From positions 15,197 to 79,196 of the IMG/VR virus record IMGVR_UViG_3300050507_000132: a stretch of DNA of 64,000 bases. One strand, 5' to 3'. How positions within the stretch are numbered: the stretch's first letter is position 1; every line of letters begins with the position of its first letter. Shown one piece after another: positions 46,573-56,490 of the stretch. This DNA comes from a virus (lineage: Duplodnaviria; Caudoviricetes). The notes under the pieces are model-generated. The model had not been told where the DNA came from, ran no database searches, and saw only the letters and a program-made list of their open reading frames with translations. Both the position numbers and the translations under genes were made by a program.

Positions 46573-46938
46573 CGAGCATCACTCCCTGAGCGGCGAGCAT
46601 CTGCTGGCTCTCCTGTTCGTCATCGGTCCACCAGGCCGGGACCTTCAGGCCGTCCTCGGTGACGCGGGGACCGGAGTGCTCGGGCCGTCGGCGGTCCAGC
46701 GGAGTCCACCACTCCGCGACCCCGTACTCCGTATTGACGCGCTGCTGTGCGGCTCCGGGCTGCTCGTTGTCACCCACGGGTTCCGCCTCCAGGCGCCTCG
46801 CGTACAGGTAGTTCAGGAAGCTGTCTGCGGGGAGGCTGCGGAGATCGACACCCCGTCCGGCAGACTCACCGTCGAGATAGTGCCAGGTACCACGGGAGAG
46901 CCCCCAACCAAGGAGTTGGACGGCTCGATGGTAGGGCG
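46565..46938 (-). CDS. tail assembly chaperone, frameshifted (GT) extension
   Basis: The -1 frame is open: ...W...WHYLDG...GVDLRSLPADSFLNYLY...; candidate shift at CGCCCTAC (46931-46938). Confidence 0.65.
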
Positions 46939-47247
46939 CATGCCGTACTCCTCGAACAACCAGGTCACGACGTTGTCGAGTTGCTCCATGTCGATCGGGT
47001 TCTGCGGGTCACCCATCCGCTTGCGGAAGAGAGCCAGCGAGTCCGGATGGAGGACCATCTCGATGACCCGGCGCAGCGCCTCGACCATTTCCGCCGGGCT
47101 CATCTTGGCCGGGTCGGCGGTCGACATGGATTCGGCAAACTCGATCATCACGTTGGCCGGGATGGTCGCAACGGCGCTGAACACGTCGTCATCGATCCGG
47201 AACTGGAGAGGCTTGCGCTTTTTGGTGAAGTCCTTGATCTCAGGCAT
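46813..47247 (-). CDS. tail assembly chaperone (G)
   Basis: Two genes before the tape measure; FRIDDDVF...VVTWLFEEYGMRPT. Confidence 0.8.
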   Translation of the reverse strand: MPEIKDFTKKRKPLQFRIDDDVFSAVATIPANVMIEFAESMSTADPAKMSPAEMVEALRRVIEMVLHPDSLALFRKRMGDPQNPIDMEQLDNVVTWLFEEYGMRPTIEPSNSLVGGSPVVPGTISTVSLPDGVSISAASPQTAS

Positions 47248-47285
47248 GGGCAAAGGATAGGTCCGGTTCGGGCCCGCACTCCTCG

Positions 47286-47657
47286 CTAACGGCGCGCAGC
47301 CACGGTACGCAGCGCCTTCGTCAGGAAGTCGTTCGGCTTGGTGCCCGGGTGGTGGACCACTTTGGCGAAGACGGTACTGCCCCGCATGGTGAACTTGAGC
47401 ACCTGCCGGTACCGGGGACGGATGATGTGCGGCCTGGTCCCTTTGATGACGTACATGGTCGCCGGATGGGTCGACTCCACTCGGACGTGCGTCCCGACGA
47501 TGACCGCATTGACCTTCCGGCCCATGCGTCCGGGAGCGCCTCGCCGCGCTTCGCGCTGTACGGCTCGAGCCTTCTTGACCAGGAGATCCATGGCGGCACG
47601 TTCGATCTGCTGCTGCGCACCGGGAGCCGGTATCCAACGGATCTTCGCGGCAGGCAT
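47286..47657 (-). CDS. HK97 gp10-like tail completion protein
   Basis: YVIKGTRPHII...HHPGTKPNDFL. Confidence 0.75.
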   Translation of the reverse strand: MPAAKIRWIPAPGAQQQIERAAMDLLVKKARAVQREARRGAPGRMGRKVNAVIVGTHVRVESTHPATMYVIKGTRPHIIRPRYRQVLKFTMRGSTVFAKVVHHPGTKPNDFLTKALRTVAARR

Positions 47658-47658
47658 C

Positions 47659-48171
47659 TCAGGTCGCCAGACCGATCCGGACCCGGAGCGTGAACCCGAC
47701 GCACGCCCCTTCGGGTCCGACGGACTCCGCCGGGGAAACAGTGAAGAAGTCGATCACATCTGCGCGGGCCAGCCCGCACAGGTACGCCTGAAGTCCGGCA
47801 AGCGCCTCGGTCATGTCCTGGAGCAGCAGTCCGGCCGCAGCGTCGAGGTCAGCCACGGCGGGGGCCAGGTTCTGTCCGTCCGGCTGAGGGGCGCACCGGA
47901 TGACGGACACCGTGTACTCGGCTACCTCGTACGGGGCCTGACACTGCGTGCTGATGGGTGCGTCGGCCTCCTCAGGGAAGACTTCGCTGCGATAGATGCG
48001 GGGAACGGTGACCGCCAGCAGGCCGTCGCAGTTGCAGTCGTCCCAGGCGATATCCCCGGGGACCATGCCCGACCGGGCCACGGACGCCGTGAGGGACGCG
48101 CGTGTCTGGGTCACGAGCGCGGAGCCCATCTGGTACCAGCGGTCCGTGCCGGTGAGAGTGGGTGTCGTCAC
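47659..48171 (-). CDS. tail terminator-like protein
   Basis: PGDIAWDDCNC...QLAV...RCAP...GACVG; gene order. Confidence 0.65.
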   Translation of the reverse strand: MTTPTLTGTDRWYQMGSALVTQTRASLTASVARSGMVPGDIAWDDCNCDGLLAVTVPRIYRSEVFPEEADAPISTQCQAPYEVAEYTVSVIRCAPQPDGQNLAPAVADLDAAAGLLLQDMTEALAGLQAYLCGLARADVIDFFTVSPAESVGPEGACVGFTLRVRIGLAT

Positions 48172-48968
48172 GTTCCTGCCCTCCGGTGCGGAGGCCGGTC
48201 GACCGAGTAGACGCGTCCGCGCTGTTTGAGTCCGTCAGGGTTCTCCGACGCCAGGAAGAGGTCGACGAGATACAGGCCGGTCCGGCCGTCCTTGAGGAGC
48301 TGTCCGACGTCCGGGTACTGAATCGTCACTCCTTGACGGACGAGTTGGGTCACGCCCGGAGGCAGTCGGCAGTCCTGCCCCTGCCCTGCTTTGATGATCT
48401 CGCAGGCCATCTCCCCCATCGCCAGTGCCGCACCCTGGGGAACGTCCTCACCGATAACAGCGGTGACGGACCACGTACCGACTTCGGTGTCCGCCTTGGA
48501 CATGTCCTGACAGAACGGCCAGCGCTGGCCGTCCGTGCGGACCAGGAGCCGGTTGTTGTCCATCCGGTAGCTGCCGGTGGGCATCGCCGCACCGTCCAGC
48601 TTGACCGACACGATGGACGACACCGGACCGGGGATGACCGTCTCACTGAGCTCGGTGCAGGAGCAGCCGCCCGAGCAACTCGATCCTCCGCACCCCAGCG
48701 GACTCCAGAACCGGTAGTCGCTCCACACCCAGCGATCAAGGGTGGACGACCCGCCCCACTCGCTCCACCCCCAGGGCCAGGAGTCGTAGCAGTCCCGGCG
48801 GCATGGCCGGAGGGTGACGGTGCATGTCCCGAACCGGCGGCCCGACAGAGCCCACAACACACGGGTCGCCATCGAAACGGCGTAACCGGTCAGCACGGGG
48901 GATGCCGTCGACACGTCGCACGTCCAGTAGACAGGCCAGTCAGAGCAGGGCCCGAAGTCCGCAGTCAC
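48168..48968 (-). CDS. head-to-tail adaptor
   Basis: LWALSGRRFG.C...LRPC...CRLP...RQGV; gene order. Confidence 0.75.
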   Translation of the reverse strand: MTADFGPCSDWPVYWTCDVSTASPVLTGYAVSMATRVLWALSGRRFGTCTVTLRPCRRDCYDSWPWGWSEWGGSSTLDRWVWSDYRFWSPLGCGGSSCSGGCSCTELSETVIPGPVSSIVSVKLDGAAMPTGSYRMDNNRLLVRTDGQRWPFCQDMSKADTEVGTWSVTAVIGEDVPQGAALAMGEMACEIIKAGQGQDCRLPPGVTQLVRQGVTIQYPDVGQLLKDGRTGLYLVDLFLASENPDGLKQRGRVYSVDRPPHRRAGT

Positions 48969-49081
48969 AGTGCCTCCGCCGGTTGGATGTACGGCAGCAG
49001 CGTACCGGCGATCTCAATGTTTTCCGTCGCACCCCATCTGACCTGGGCGAATGCGAACTTGAATGGGTGGTACCCGTATGG

Positions 49082-50041
49082 CTATGCAGGCTCCGGACCG
49101 ATGTTCTCCAGCCTCAGTCGCCACGGATACGTCGGGTGCGCGTAGACGACATTGCCCGCTCCGGCGGTGCCCTGATACAGGAGCGCGACCGTGACCGATC
49201 CGGCGTTGATGTGTCCCGAGGCAACGGTGAACATGTCCGACGCCTGCACCCGCAGGAACGAATTCGACGGATACATGACCGGACTGCCCTCAGTGGGCGG
49301 AGTGGACGTTCCGGTGGTGGAGTAGATCGATGGGGACCCTCCACTGCTGAGCAGTGCCCAGTCCAGGAACATCGCCGTACCCAAGTGCATGAACAACGGG
49401 CACACCTTGATCCGGTCTCCGGCTACCGCAGCGATGGAAGCCTTGAGCTGCGTTCCGCCGGAGGTCTGCACGATGGTCCATCCGGCGGCCGACGGGAGTC
49501 CGGCCAGGTTGTCGTTCGTAATGCGTACCGACGATGTCTTGATGGACGACCCACCGGAACCGGCGGCCGGAGTGCCGTGGGTGTGGTCTTCGCGAGCGTA
49601 GGTGCCTGCTGTACCGACGGCGGCTGCCTGTCCGTACGACGTCTCGGTGACCACTGTCGTAGCCGGGAGAATGCGCGTGTACGTCGGAGATGCCGGGTCC
49701 GGGTCGATGACGTCGGCCAGCTTTACGGCGGACGCTGCCTTGGGCAGGCTGATGTACCGCGTCCACGCGTCGCCGCGCTCCGGAGTGAACACCACCGTAT
49801 AGGTGAAGCCGGTGGGGTCGAGGCCGGTGGCGTCCGTGGCGACGAGGGTGAAGGTGTCGAACCGGCCGTTGACCACAGGCCGCCGGGCGTAGCCCATGAA
49901 CAGGAAGTCGTCCTCTGCGACCGTGGCCGGAGAAGGACCCGTGACCGTGATGTAGCCCTGAAGGACGGTTCCGTCAGGGGCCGTTACGGGGACCCCTCCG
50001 TCCGAGACGGTGACCGTCTCCACGCCTGCCGGAATGGGCAC
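49082..50041 (-). CDS. virion structural protein (fibre/appendage-like)
   Basis: LVATDA...FTY, AREDHTH motif; lies among structural genes. Confidence 0.55.
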   Translation of the reverse strand: MPIPAGVETVTVSDGGVPVTAPDGTVLQGYITVTGPSPATVAEDDFLFMGYARRPVVNGRFDTFTLVATDATGLDPTGFTYTVVFTPERGDAWTRYISLPKAASAVKLADVIDPDPASPTYTRILPATTVVTETSYGQAAAVGTAGTYAREDHTHGTPAAGSGGSSIKTSSVRITNDNLAGLPSAAGWTIVQTSGGTQLKASIAAVAGDRIKVCPLFMHLGTAMFLDWALLSSGGSPSIYSTTGTSTPPTEGSPVMYPSNSFLRVQASDMFTVASGHINAGSVTVALLYQGTAGAGNVVYAHPTYPWRLRLENIGPEPA

Positions 50042-50050
50042 TGTGACCCC

Positions 50051-50533
50051 CTAGACCGCGAACTCTATGAGTCCGTTGGCGTTCCAGATGATGGTGAACG
50101 TTCCGGACACCACGGACTGTGCTCCGCCGAAGTAGTGGAAGCTCGCACCCTGGTCCGCCACGGTTCCGGCGGTGATCGTGTCGTCGTAGACGAGGCAGCC
50201 GAAGGCGTTCGTCAGGGTGAGGGTGCCGCCCCCGGAGAGGTCCGAGGCGTCGAACCGGGACACTCCCGAAGCGGGAGTGGTGAAGGTCTTACCGGACAGG
50301 GCCCTGCCACCGGAGACCCAGTTCGTCGCATCGGTGACCTCGTTCGCCGTGAGCCAGGTCCCGGTGTTGAAGCCGGTCGAACCGACGGCCGCGTCCTTGT
50401 TCGGTGTGACGGAGTTGTTGAACAGCGCCACCTTGACCGTGTCACTGTCCAGGCCGGTGTAGCCGGTGCCGGATGCCTGGAACATCGGCCCGTTGACCCA
50501 CTCCCGGAAGACCCGGCTGTCCGTCCACGCCAT
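50051..50533 (-). CDS. virion structural protein
   Basis: VKVALF...GTFTIIWNANG pattern. Confidence 0.6.
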   Translation of the reverse strand: MAWTDSRVFREWVNGPMFQASGTGYTGLDSDTVKVALFNNSVTPNKDAAVGSTGFNTGTWLTANEVTDATNWVSGGRALSGKTFTTPASGVSRFDASDLSGGGTLTLTNAFGCLVYDDTITAGTVADQGASFHYFGGAQSVVSGTFTIIWNANGLIEFAV

Positions 50534-50534
50534 G

Positions 50535-50831
50535 TCAGCTCACCAGCCTTACGTGCGCCGTCGGCGCGAACACGACGAGATCCTCACCGTCGTCCCGTAC
50601 GGTCCGCACCGCCATGACCGGCCGTCCGTCGGCGTCGAGACGGACGTCCTCCGAACCGATGTAGTCCTGTCGTTCCTCCGCTACGACCGTGCAGCGCACT
50701 CCCTCGAGCACCATCGGAGCGAGCAGTCCCCGCAGGCCGAGACAGTTGTGAAAACGGTTGGAGGCCCCAACCGTAACGGCCTGCGCCGGACAGTTGGGGC
50801 ACACCCAGTGCTGCTGTGCGTTCAGGATCAC
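50535..50831 (-). CDS. hypothetical protein (WVCPNC...HNC)
   Basis: GTGA overlap with the major tail gene. Confidence 0.55.
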   Translation of the reverse strand: MILNAQQHWVCPNCPAQAVTVGASNRFHNCLGLRGLLAPMVLEGVRCTVVAEERQDYIGSEDVRLDADGRPVMAVRTVRDDGEDLVVFAPTAHVRLVS

Positions 50832-51526
50832 GTGAGGGTTGTCGGGTTGCAGGCCGGGCTGGGAGGCGCGGTCGTGGTGACGTCGAACAACCAGTGGTCC
50901 GTAGCCGTCGCGTTCTCGTTCGTCGGAAGCCAGGACGTACCCGAACCGGGTCCGTTCAGCCAGCCGGTGACGGCCGTCGCACTCGCGCCCCGGGTTTCGC
51001 TGATGACCTGGAAGGTCGAGCGGCCGTTCTCGATCGTGTAGTTACCGATCTTGGACGCGCCTACGTTGGGGAACGCGTTGTAGATGTACCGCTGTGCGCC
51101 CGAGGCATCGCATGCGCCGGATCCGGCGACCTTCTGCCACACCTCCAGGGAGTAGCGGTTGGTCGGGGTTCCCTCGCCGAACACGAAGCCCTGACCCGTG
51201 ACCCCGGCCGCATTGGAGGTGAGCTCCCGCGCGCTCGTCATGAAGGCGAACATCGTGGTGTTGACTTCACAGAAGTCGATCGTGAGCTGGAACCTCTTGA
51301 GGACCGGGTCGTCCTTCTGGTTGACGCAGACGGTTCCGTCGGCCGTGCGCTCGAAGAACTCCTCTCCGTCCTCGTACTGCGGTTCCGACTGGATCTGCAC
51401 GAACCCCTTGGTCACCACGACCATGGAGCCGGTGCCGGTGACCGGATTGCCACACGCGTCCAGTGCGACGACCCGCATATGCGTCCCCTTGATCGGGGTT
51501 GCACACTGCGCGACTGTAGAGACCAC
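50828..51526 (-). CDS. major tail protein
   Basis: RVVALDACG, PQYEDGEE...ADG..C pattern. Confidence 0.8.
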   Translation of the reverse strand: MVSTVAQCATPIKGTHMRVVALDACGNPVTGTGSMVVVTKGFVQIQSEPQYEDGEEFFERTADGTVCVNQKDDPVLKRFQLTIDFCEVNTTMFAFMTSARELTSNAAGVTGQGFVFGEGTPTNRYSLEVWQKVAGSGACDASGAQRYIYNAFPNVGASKIGNYTIENGRSTFQVISETRGASATAVTGWLNGPGSGTSWLPTNENATATDHWLFDVTTTAPPSPACNPTTLT

Positions 51527-51536
51527 TGTTCACCCC

Positions 51537-52478
51537 TTACACGGGTACGCCGAGAGTGATGAGCGCAGCCAGGTGGCAGCACTCGAAACCGAACAGGTAC
51601 GTCCGGCTGGCCAGGGACTTCACCGTGTTCTCCGCACGGTCGAACGTGTCCGGGAACTGCCGGGCGAACACTTCGCTCCGGAAGCCGAAGACGGCTCCCG
51701 TCGCGTAGATCCACGTCGTACCCTCTGCCGGAGCGGCTCCGGCCGGGGAACTGCCCGTATACCCCAGTCCGGGCACCACCAGATTCCCGGCGAGAGTGCG
51801 GAGAGGGCCGTTGGGGCTGTCCGGAAGGATCAGCATCCGGGACGTGAAGGTGGGCAGCGCGGCGTAGGGAATGTGGATGACCCCCTGACCGCCGTAGCAG
51901 GACGCGAGGGAGGCCTCAAGACGACCCAGCATGACGGCCGGGTCGTCGTTACCGCTGCCCCCGGTGAGGACCGGACTCGCGGCTGTCTGAAGCGTGATGC
52001 CCTGTGCGTCGCTCAGGGTGGAGCTTGAGGCGAGGTGCGGCCACACGGTCGTCTGCGCGGTGCCCGGCGGGCTGCCCGTGTACCCGGCCGTGCCCGTCCA
52101 GAACGCCCGGGTGACCTGATAGGACTCCATCTTGTCCAGCGCCTGGGCGGCCCGGTCCTCCAGGTCATCCTGCGTCAGGCCCTGACCGACCGGGGAGCAG
52201 TCGAACTCCGCGAACACCGTGAAGGCCGTCGCTCCCCGGTTGGTCTGGGTGACGTTGGCAGCGAAACTGCCCTGCGCCGCCGGAGTGCCGCCGCTGCCTG
52301 TGACGGCAAGGCACTCGTCGTACGCGGTGCCGCCCCCACCGCAGTACTCCTGCCACGTGACACCGTTCTGCCAGTGCGGACCGAGGCCCGCCGGGGAAGG
52401 GTGCTGAGCGGCATCCCACAGAAAGTTGGGCAGCGGTGTGAACGCCGGACCGTCGATGACCTGCCGTATTCCCGCCAC
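51537..52478 (-). CDS. capsid-associated structural protein
   Basis: Directly after the major capsid gene; HWQNGV.W...C. Confidence 0.65.
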   Translation of the reverse strand: MAGIRQVIDGPAFTPLPNFLWDAAQHPSPAGLGPHWQNGVTWQEYCGGGGTAYDECLAVTGSGGTPAAQGSFAANVTQTNRGATAFTVFAEFDCSPVGQGLTQDDLEDRAAQALDKMESYQVTRAFWTGTAGYTGSPPGTAQTTVWPHLASSSTLSDAQGITLQTAASPVLTGGSGNDDPAVMLGRLEASLASCYGGQGVIHIPYAALPTFTSRMLILPDSPNGPLRTLAGNLVVPGLGYTGSSPAGAAPAEGTTWIYATGAVFGFRSEVFARQFPDTFDRAENTVKSLASRTYLFGFECCHLAALITLGVPV

Positions 52479-52520
52479 GGCTCACCCTCCTTTCGTTGTG
52501 GAATGTGGCTGGGAACCGGA

Positions 52521-54305
52521 TCAGACCTTCAGCGTTCCGGTCGCACCCACGCCACCCGAGACGTTGAAGCCGCACGTGTACTTGCGTGCGCTGTGCCCGA
52601 CCTGAGCGATCAGGTGGCACTCCTCTGCCCAGACGGCCGTGTAGTCGTTCTCCGCGTTCAGCACCGAGTCCCTGATGACTCCGAGGTCCAACTGAAGGCC
52701 GGTGCCGTGGAGGAACGTCCCGGCCGCGTAGACCAGGAAGTTGACCGTGGTGGGCCAGACAGTCAGGTTGGAGCTGGAACCCGGCTGGTTCGCACCGCGC
52801 ACCTGGTAGTCGTTGACCCACTGAACGCGGACATTGCGAACAGCGAAGAACGCGTCGATCTGTGCGTCCGCAATGGTGAGGAGGGTGGTGTCGTTGAGAC
52901 CCGGCTTCCACCCCAGGTCTGCCCGGATGACCTCCTTCACCCAGTAAGGCATGACGACTTCGAGGACCGACCGGGTGCTCATGGCGAACTTGGCCCGGTA
53001 GTCCATGGCTGCGAGCGCGACGGCGTTGAGCAGACGTGTGGAGGGAGCGTCGGTGTTGGTCGCACCGATGGTCGTCGCACCACCGGCCGCCGTGTCCATC
53101 AGGCTGATGAGCCGGGCGTTAATCGCGTGGCTGTACGCGGCCCGGAGCAGCCGGATGAAGTTCTGCGTGGACTCGGGGTAGGCGTCGTCCGTCAGATTGC
53201 CCGCCGTGAGGGAGATGCCGTAGCACTCCAGCCGGACCTCACTGAAGGTCGGGCACGGGACACGCAGCGTCGGCTTGTTGACCGAACCGGTGACGGTGAG
53301 CTGGTCGTCCGACTCGGACCAGAGCCACGGGTCGGTCGCGTTGCTCATGCTGAAGGCGAAGCCACCGAAACCGGAGGCCGGAGAGCTGCCCGCGTTCTGG
53401 AAGAACACGTCGCCGATGGCGGGCGAGACGGGGAAGCGGATACCGCCCCGGCTGACGCCGACGGTGGGGAGGTCGATCATCCCGTCCGTGGCTTCGGCGA
53501 TGTTGAAGAAGTCGTACAGGATCTGAGACGGTGCGCACCAGCCACCACCGGCCACCAGGGCCTTCTGGTTGTCCGGCTTGGTCATGTCCTTCCACAGTTC
53601 CTCGACCTTGCCGTGAGGAGTGCGGTCGTCCACGATGTGGTCGAACGTGTTCTTGATCGACGCCACCTGGTGCCAGGGCGCGCCCTTGCCGTCACGGGTG
53701 ACGGGGATGGCCTTGGCCTTCTTCTGGAACGCGTCGGCCAGGGAGCGCAGATCCTGCATCTCCGTGCCGTGTGCGACGCCGGGAATGTCGATCGACGCGG
53801 TGACTGCGTTCGGGACCCGGTCCGGGGTCCGGGGCTTGGGCGCCCGTGCGGCCGTCTCCTGGAGGGACGCCACCCGCTTGCGCGCTTCGGCCAGCTTCGT
53901 CTCGTCGGCGCCGAACAGGGCGAGTGCGACACCCTGCGCGGTGGCCTGCGCCATGAGCTCCGGAGTCATGTCGACGCGCTGCGCTCCGGCCGCCTGAGCC
54001 CCATCGCCTCCCTCGCCGGGACCCTTGACGCGCTCCGTGAGCGCCGCCATCTTGCGCTGGGTCTCCTGCTTGGCGAGACGTTCGGCCTCGTCCTGGCGAG
54101 TGGCACGGACCCGCAGCTCCGCCCGGACCTTGTCGAGATCGTCTGCGATACGCCCGGCATACGCAATGTCGTCCGGGGTGATGTCCGCCTTGCTGTTGAC
54201 CGCTTCGTATGCGGCCACTGCCTTGCTTTCCAGCTCCTGAAGTTCCGCGTCTCCCACGAGAGTGAGATCAGCGGGCGCCTCGAAAGGCTCCACCGGCTCC
54301 GGCAC
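52521..54305 (-). CDS. major capsid protein with N-terminal scaffold-like domain
   Basis: Coiled-coil N-terminus; GGWCAPS...Y, RGGI, DSVLNAEND...WAEE. Confidence 0.88.
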   Translation of the reverse strand: MPEPVEPFEAPADLTLVGDAELQELESKAVAAYEAVNSKADITPDDIAYAGRIADDLDKVRAELRVRATRQDEAERLAKQETQRKMAALTERVKGPGEGGDGAQAAGAQRVDMTPELMAQATAQGVALALFGADETKLAEARKRVASLQETAARAPKPRTPDRVPNAVTASIDIPGVAHGTEMQDLRSLADAFQKKAKAIPVTRDGKGAPWHQVASIKNTFDHIVDDRTPHGKVEELWKDMTKPDNQKALVAGGGWCAPSQILYDFFNIAEATDGMIDLPTVGVSRGGIRFPVSPAIGDVFFQNAGSSPASGFGGFAFSMSNATDPWLWSESDDQLTVTGSVNKPTLRVPCPTFSEVRLECYGISLTAGNLTDDAYPESTQNFIRLLRAAYSHAINARLISLMDTAAGGATTIGATNTDAPSTRLLNAVALAAMDYRAKFAMSTRSVLEVVMPYWVKEVIRADLGWKPGLNDTTLLTIADAQIDAFFAVRNVRVQWVNDYQVRGANQPGSSSNLTVWPTTVNFLVYAAGTFLHGTGLQLDLGVIRDSVLNAENDYTAVWAEECHLIAQVGHSARKYTCGFNVSGGVGATGTLKV

Positions 54306-54424
54306 TGCAACCCCCTGGGGAGATGACAGGATGATCCTTGACGCGCGCACCGTAACAGACGCAGACGATCCGGCCAAAAGACGGGTTTCTTTTAGCCGGA
54401 TCGAATAAATCCCAGGTCAGGTGT

Positions 54425-54502
54425 TCAGTTGCTGCCGTTCTCACCGCCGGGGCCCGGCGGGGCCGGAGGCGGAGGCGGGGCAGGCTTGTTGCAGCCGCAC
54501 AT
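54425..54502 (-). CDS. 25-aa MCGCNK poly-Pro peptide
   Basis: RBS AAGGAG; MCGCNKPAPPPPPAPPGPGGENGSN. Confidence 0.5.
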   Translation of the reverse strand: MCGCNKPAPPPPPAPPGPGGENGSN

Positions 54503-54507
54503 TCGGA

Positions 54508-56337
54508 TCACTCCTTCCCGTGCACGCGGTCGCCCAGACGACTCATGATCCTACGGTAGGCGAGCTGGTCCAGTTCGTCCTCGGTGAGCTGATCCCGCAG
54601 GTTGGGCATACCCGAGGCGAGCAGGGCGAGCTGTCGTCCGCCGGTGTACTTCGTGCGCAGCTTCGGCACGGGGAAACCCGGCACGTTGACCGCGAGCAGG
54701 CCCACCAGCCGCAGGCTGCCACCGACGTTGCGCCAGTCGCCCGACACCTGGCCCGAAGCACGCAACTCGTGCACCTGATCGTCCGTGGCTGCGGCCCGGA
54801 TGCACCCGGCGACCCAGATGCCGTGGGCATCGTTGCCGACGGCGACGTCTGCCACGGCCGCACCCGTGTTGTCGTAGTGATCGGTGGCTGCGCGGTACCC
54901 GAGGGATATGTCCGCATGCCCCGTGCCGACGGTGATCTGACCCACCGACACCATCGGAACGTCGTCACCGTCGCACGCCACGGCTCCGGTCATGAAGTAC
55001 GGATGGCTGTCCTCGTGAGGCGGAGTGACGCACATTCCGGCCTGTCCGATGTGACAGGTACCCCAGAGCGCGGCGTGCCCGTAGACACGGCCGTCGGGCC
55101 GGACGGTGATCGGCGTAGGGACGCTGAGGTCCGGATTGGTGAACCAGTCCACCGGCGGACGGGCCGGAGCGTCCACGGCGTTGCGGGTGAGCACGCTGGT
55201 CCGGCCGAACTGCCGGTACTGCCCTGCTCGCTCCCCTCCGGCGACGACGGCCCCCTCCCCGTCGAGCAGCGCGATGTACGCCTCAGCGAATGCCGGGATG
55301 TCCACCAGCGTCGCTGCCCGGATACGGCCCTTGTGGAACACCACCTTCTCCGGGGATGCGAACATCTGGGCGAACGGGTCGGGCTCGCCCTCTCCGTCCG
55401 GGTCCGGTTCGGCCCACACCAGCTCCATGTCGGCGTCCTTGATGGAGTCGACGTCGACCGACACACCCCGCAGGTGCTTTCCCTTGATCTTGCCGTAGAC
55501 CTTGCGGCCGTCGTCATCGGCGAGGTCGAGCACCCCCTCCCCCATGATCAGGCCGTTGTCCTCGCGCCAGACCTTGTCGATCCGGCCGACGTTGACGGCT
55601 TCGGTACGTGCCTCACCGCCGTGCGAGTCGACCCGGTTCCAGCGCAGGGGGAGAGGAAGGTCGGCCCAGGTGAGGGATCCGGCGTCGAACTGCCGTCCGT
55701 CACCCGTCTCGATGCCCTCCACGGTGAGCGGCCCGCGCCAGGGAGCCTCCTCGGTGGACTCGCTGGCCGCCGACACCCGCGACTGCTTCTTATCGTCGGC
55801 GTGGTCCATGCCGTCCCCTTCGTCCATGGGGACGCACTTGCCCTGCTTGGGGTCGAACCGCATCCCTTCGTCACAGGAGTCGAACGGGACGAAGGTGAGC
55901 GCCTCGTACCCGTTCTCCACGCCGAACGCGGCGATCTCCAGAGCCGATGCTTTGAGTACGTCGGGCACGTCCTCGCCGATGGCGCGGTAGTGCGAGCGCA
56001 GATGCGCCTTGGCCCTGGCCACTGCCTCGGGCGAGTGACCGGACAGGGAGCTGATGCGCTGTGCGGCGGCATGCAGGCCGTCTTTGTTCAGGCCTCCGCC
56101 CGGCTCGTGGTGGGGGAGGAAGCAGCGCGCCTTGACCGTGCCGTCACCCGGATCGCACGCTGCGCAGGCCTTCTGGTATTCGGCGTCCTGGAACCGGCTC
56201 GCCGATCCGTCCCACCCTGCGGTGACGACCGCCCCGTGGAAGTGCTCGGGACCGTCGGCGTAGTCGTTTTCCTTGAGCCGCTTGTCCTTGTCGGTACCCT
56301 TGCTGGGTTTGCCCTTCCGGAGGGCTTCAGTGGTCAT
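54508..56337 (-). CDS. capsid maturation protease
   Basis: WRGPLTVEGIETGDGR, GVSVD, RIRAATLVDIPAFAEA, YGHAALWGTCH, SGDWR. Confidence 0.8.
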   Translation of the reverse strand: MTTEALRKGKPSKGTDKDKRLKENDYADGPEHFHGAVVTAGWDGSASRFQDAEYQKACAACDPGDGTVKARCFLPHHEPGGGLNKDGLHAAAQRISSLSGHSPEAVARAKAHLRSHYRAIGEDVPDVLKASALEIAAFGVENGYEALTFVPFDSCDEGMRFDPKQGKCVPMDEGDGMDHADDKKQSRVSAASESTEEAPWRGPLTVEGIETGDGRQFDAGSLTWADLPLPLRWNRVDSHGGEARTEAVNVGRIDKVWREDNGLIMGEGVLDLADDDGRKVYGKIKGKHLRGVSVDVDSIKDADMELVWAEPDPDGEGEPDPFAQMFASPEKVVFHKGRIRAATLVDIPAFAEAYIALLDGEGAVVAGGERAGQYRQFGRTSVLTRNAVDAPARPPVDWFTNPDLSVPTPITVRPDGRVYGHAALWGTCHIGQAGMCVTPPHEDSHPYFMTGAVACDGDDVPMVSVGQITVGTGHADISLGYRAATDHYDNTGAAVADVAVGNDAHGIWVAGCIRAAATDDQVHELRASGQVSGDWRNVGGSLRLVGLLAVNVPGFPVPKLRTKYTGGRQLALLASGMPNLRDQLTEDELDQLAYRRIMSRLGDRVHGKE

Positions 56338-56490
56338 GCCGGTGTCCCCGATCTTCCGGAACGTCTGGGCGCAGGGTAGCCGAAGTCTTCTTGTCGGCCT
56401 TGCGGCCCGACTTGCGGTGAACCGTGATGTCCTCGCCCGTCCAGACGAACCGGTCCAGGTCACCGTGTCCCTTGGCAGAAGGCTTGTCGC

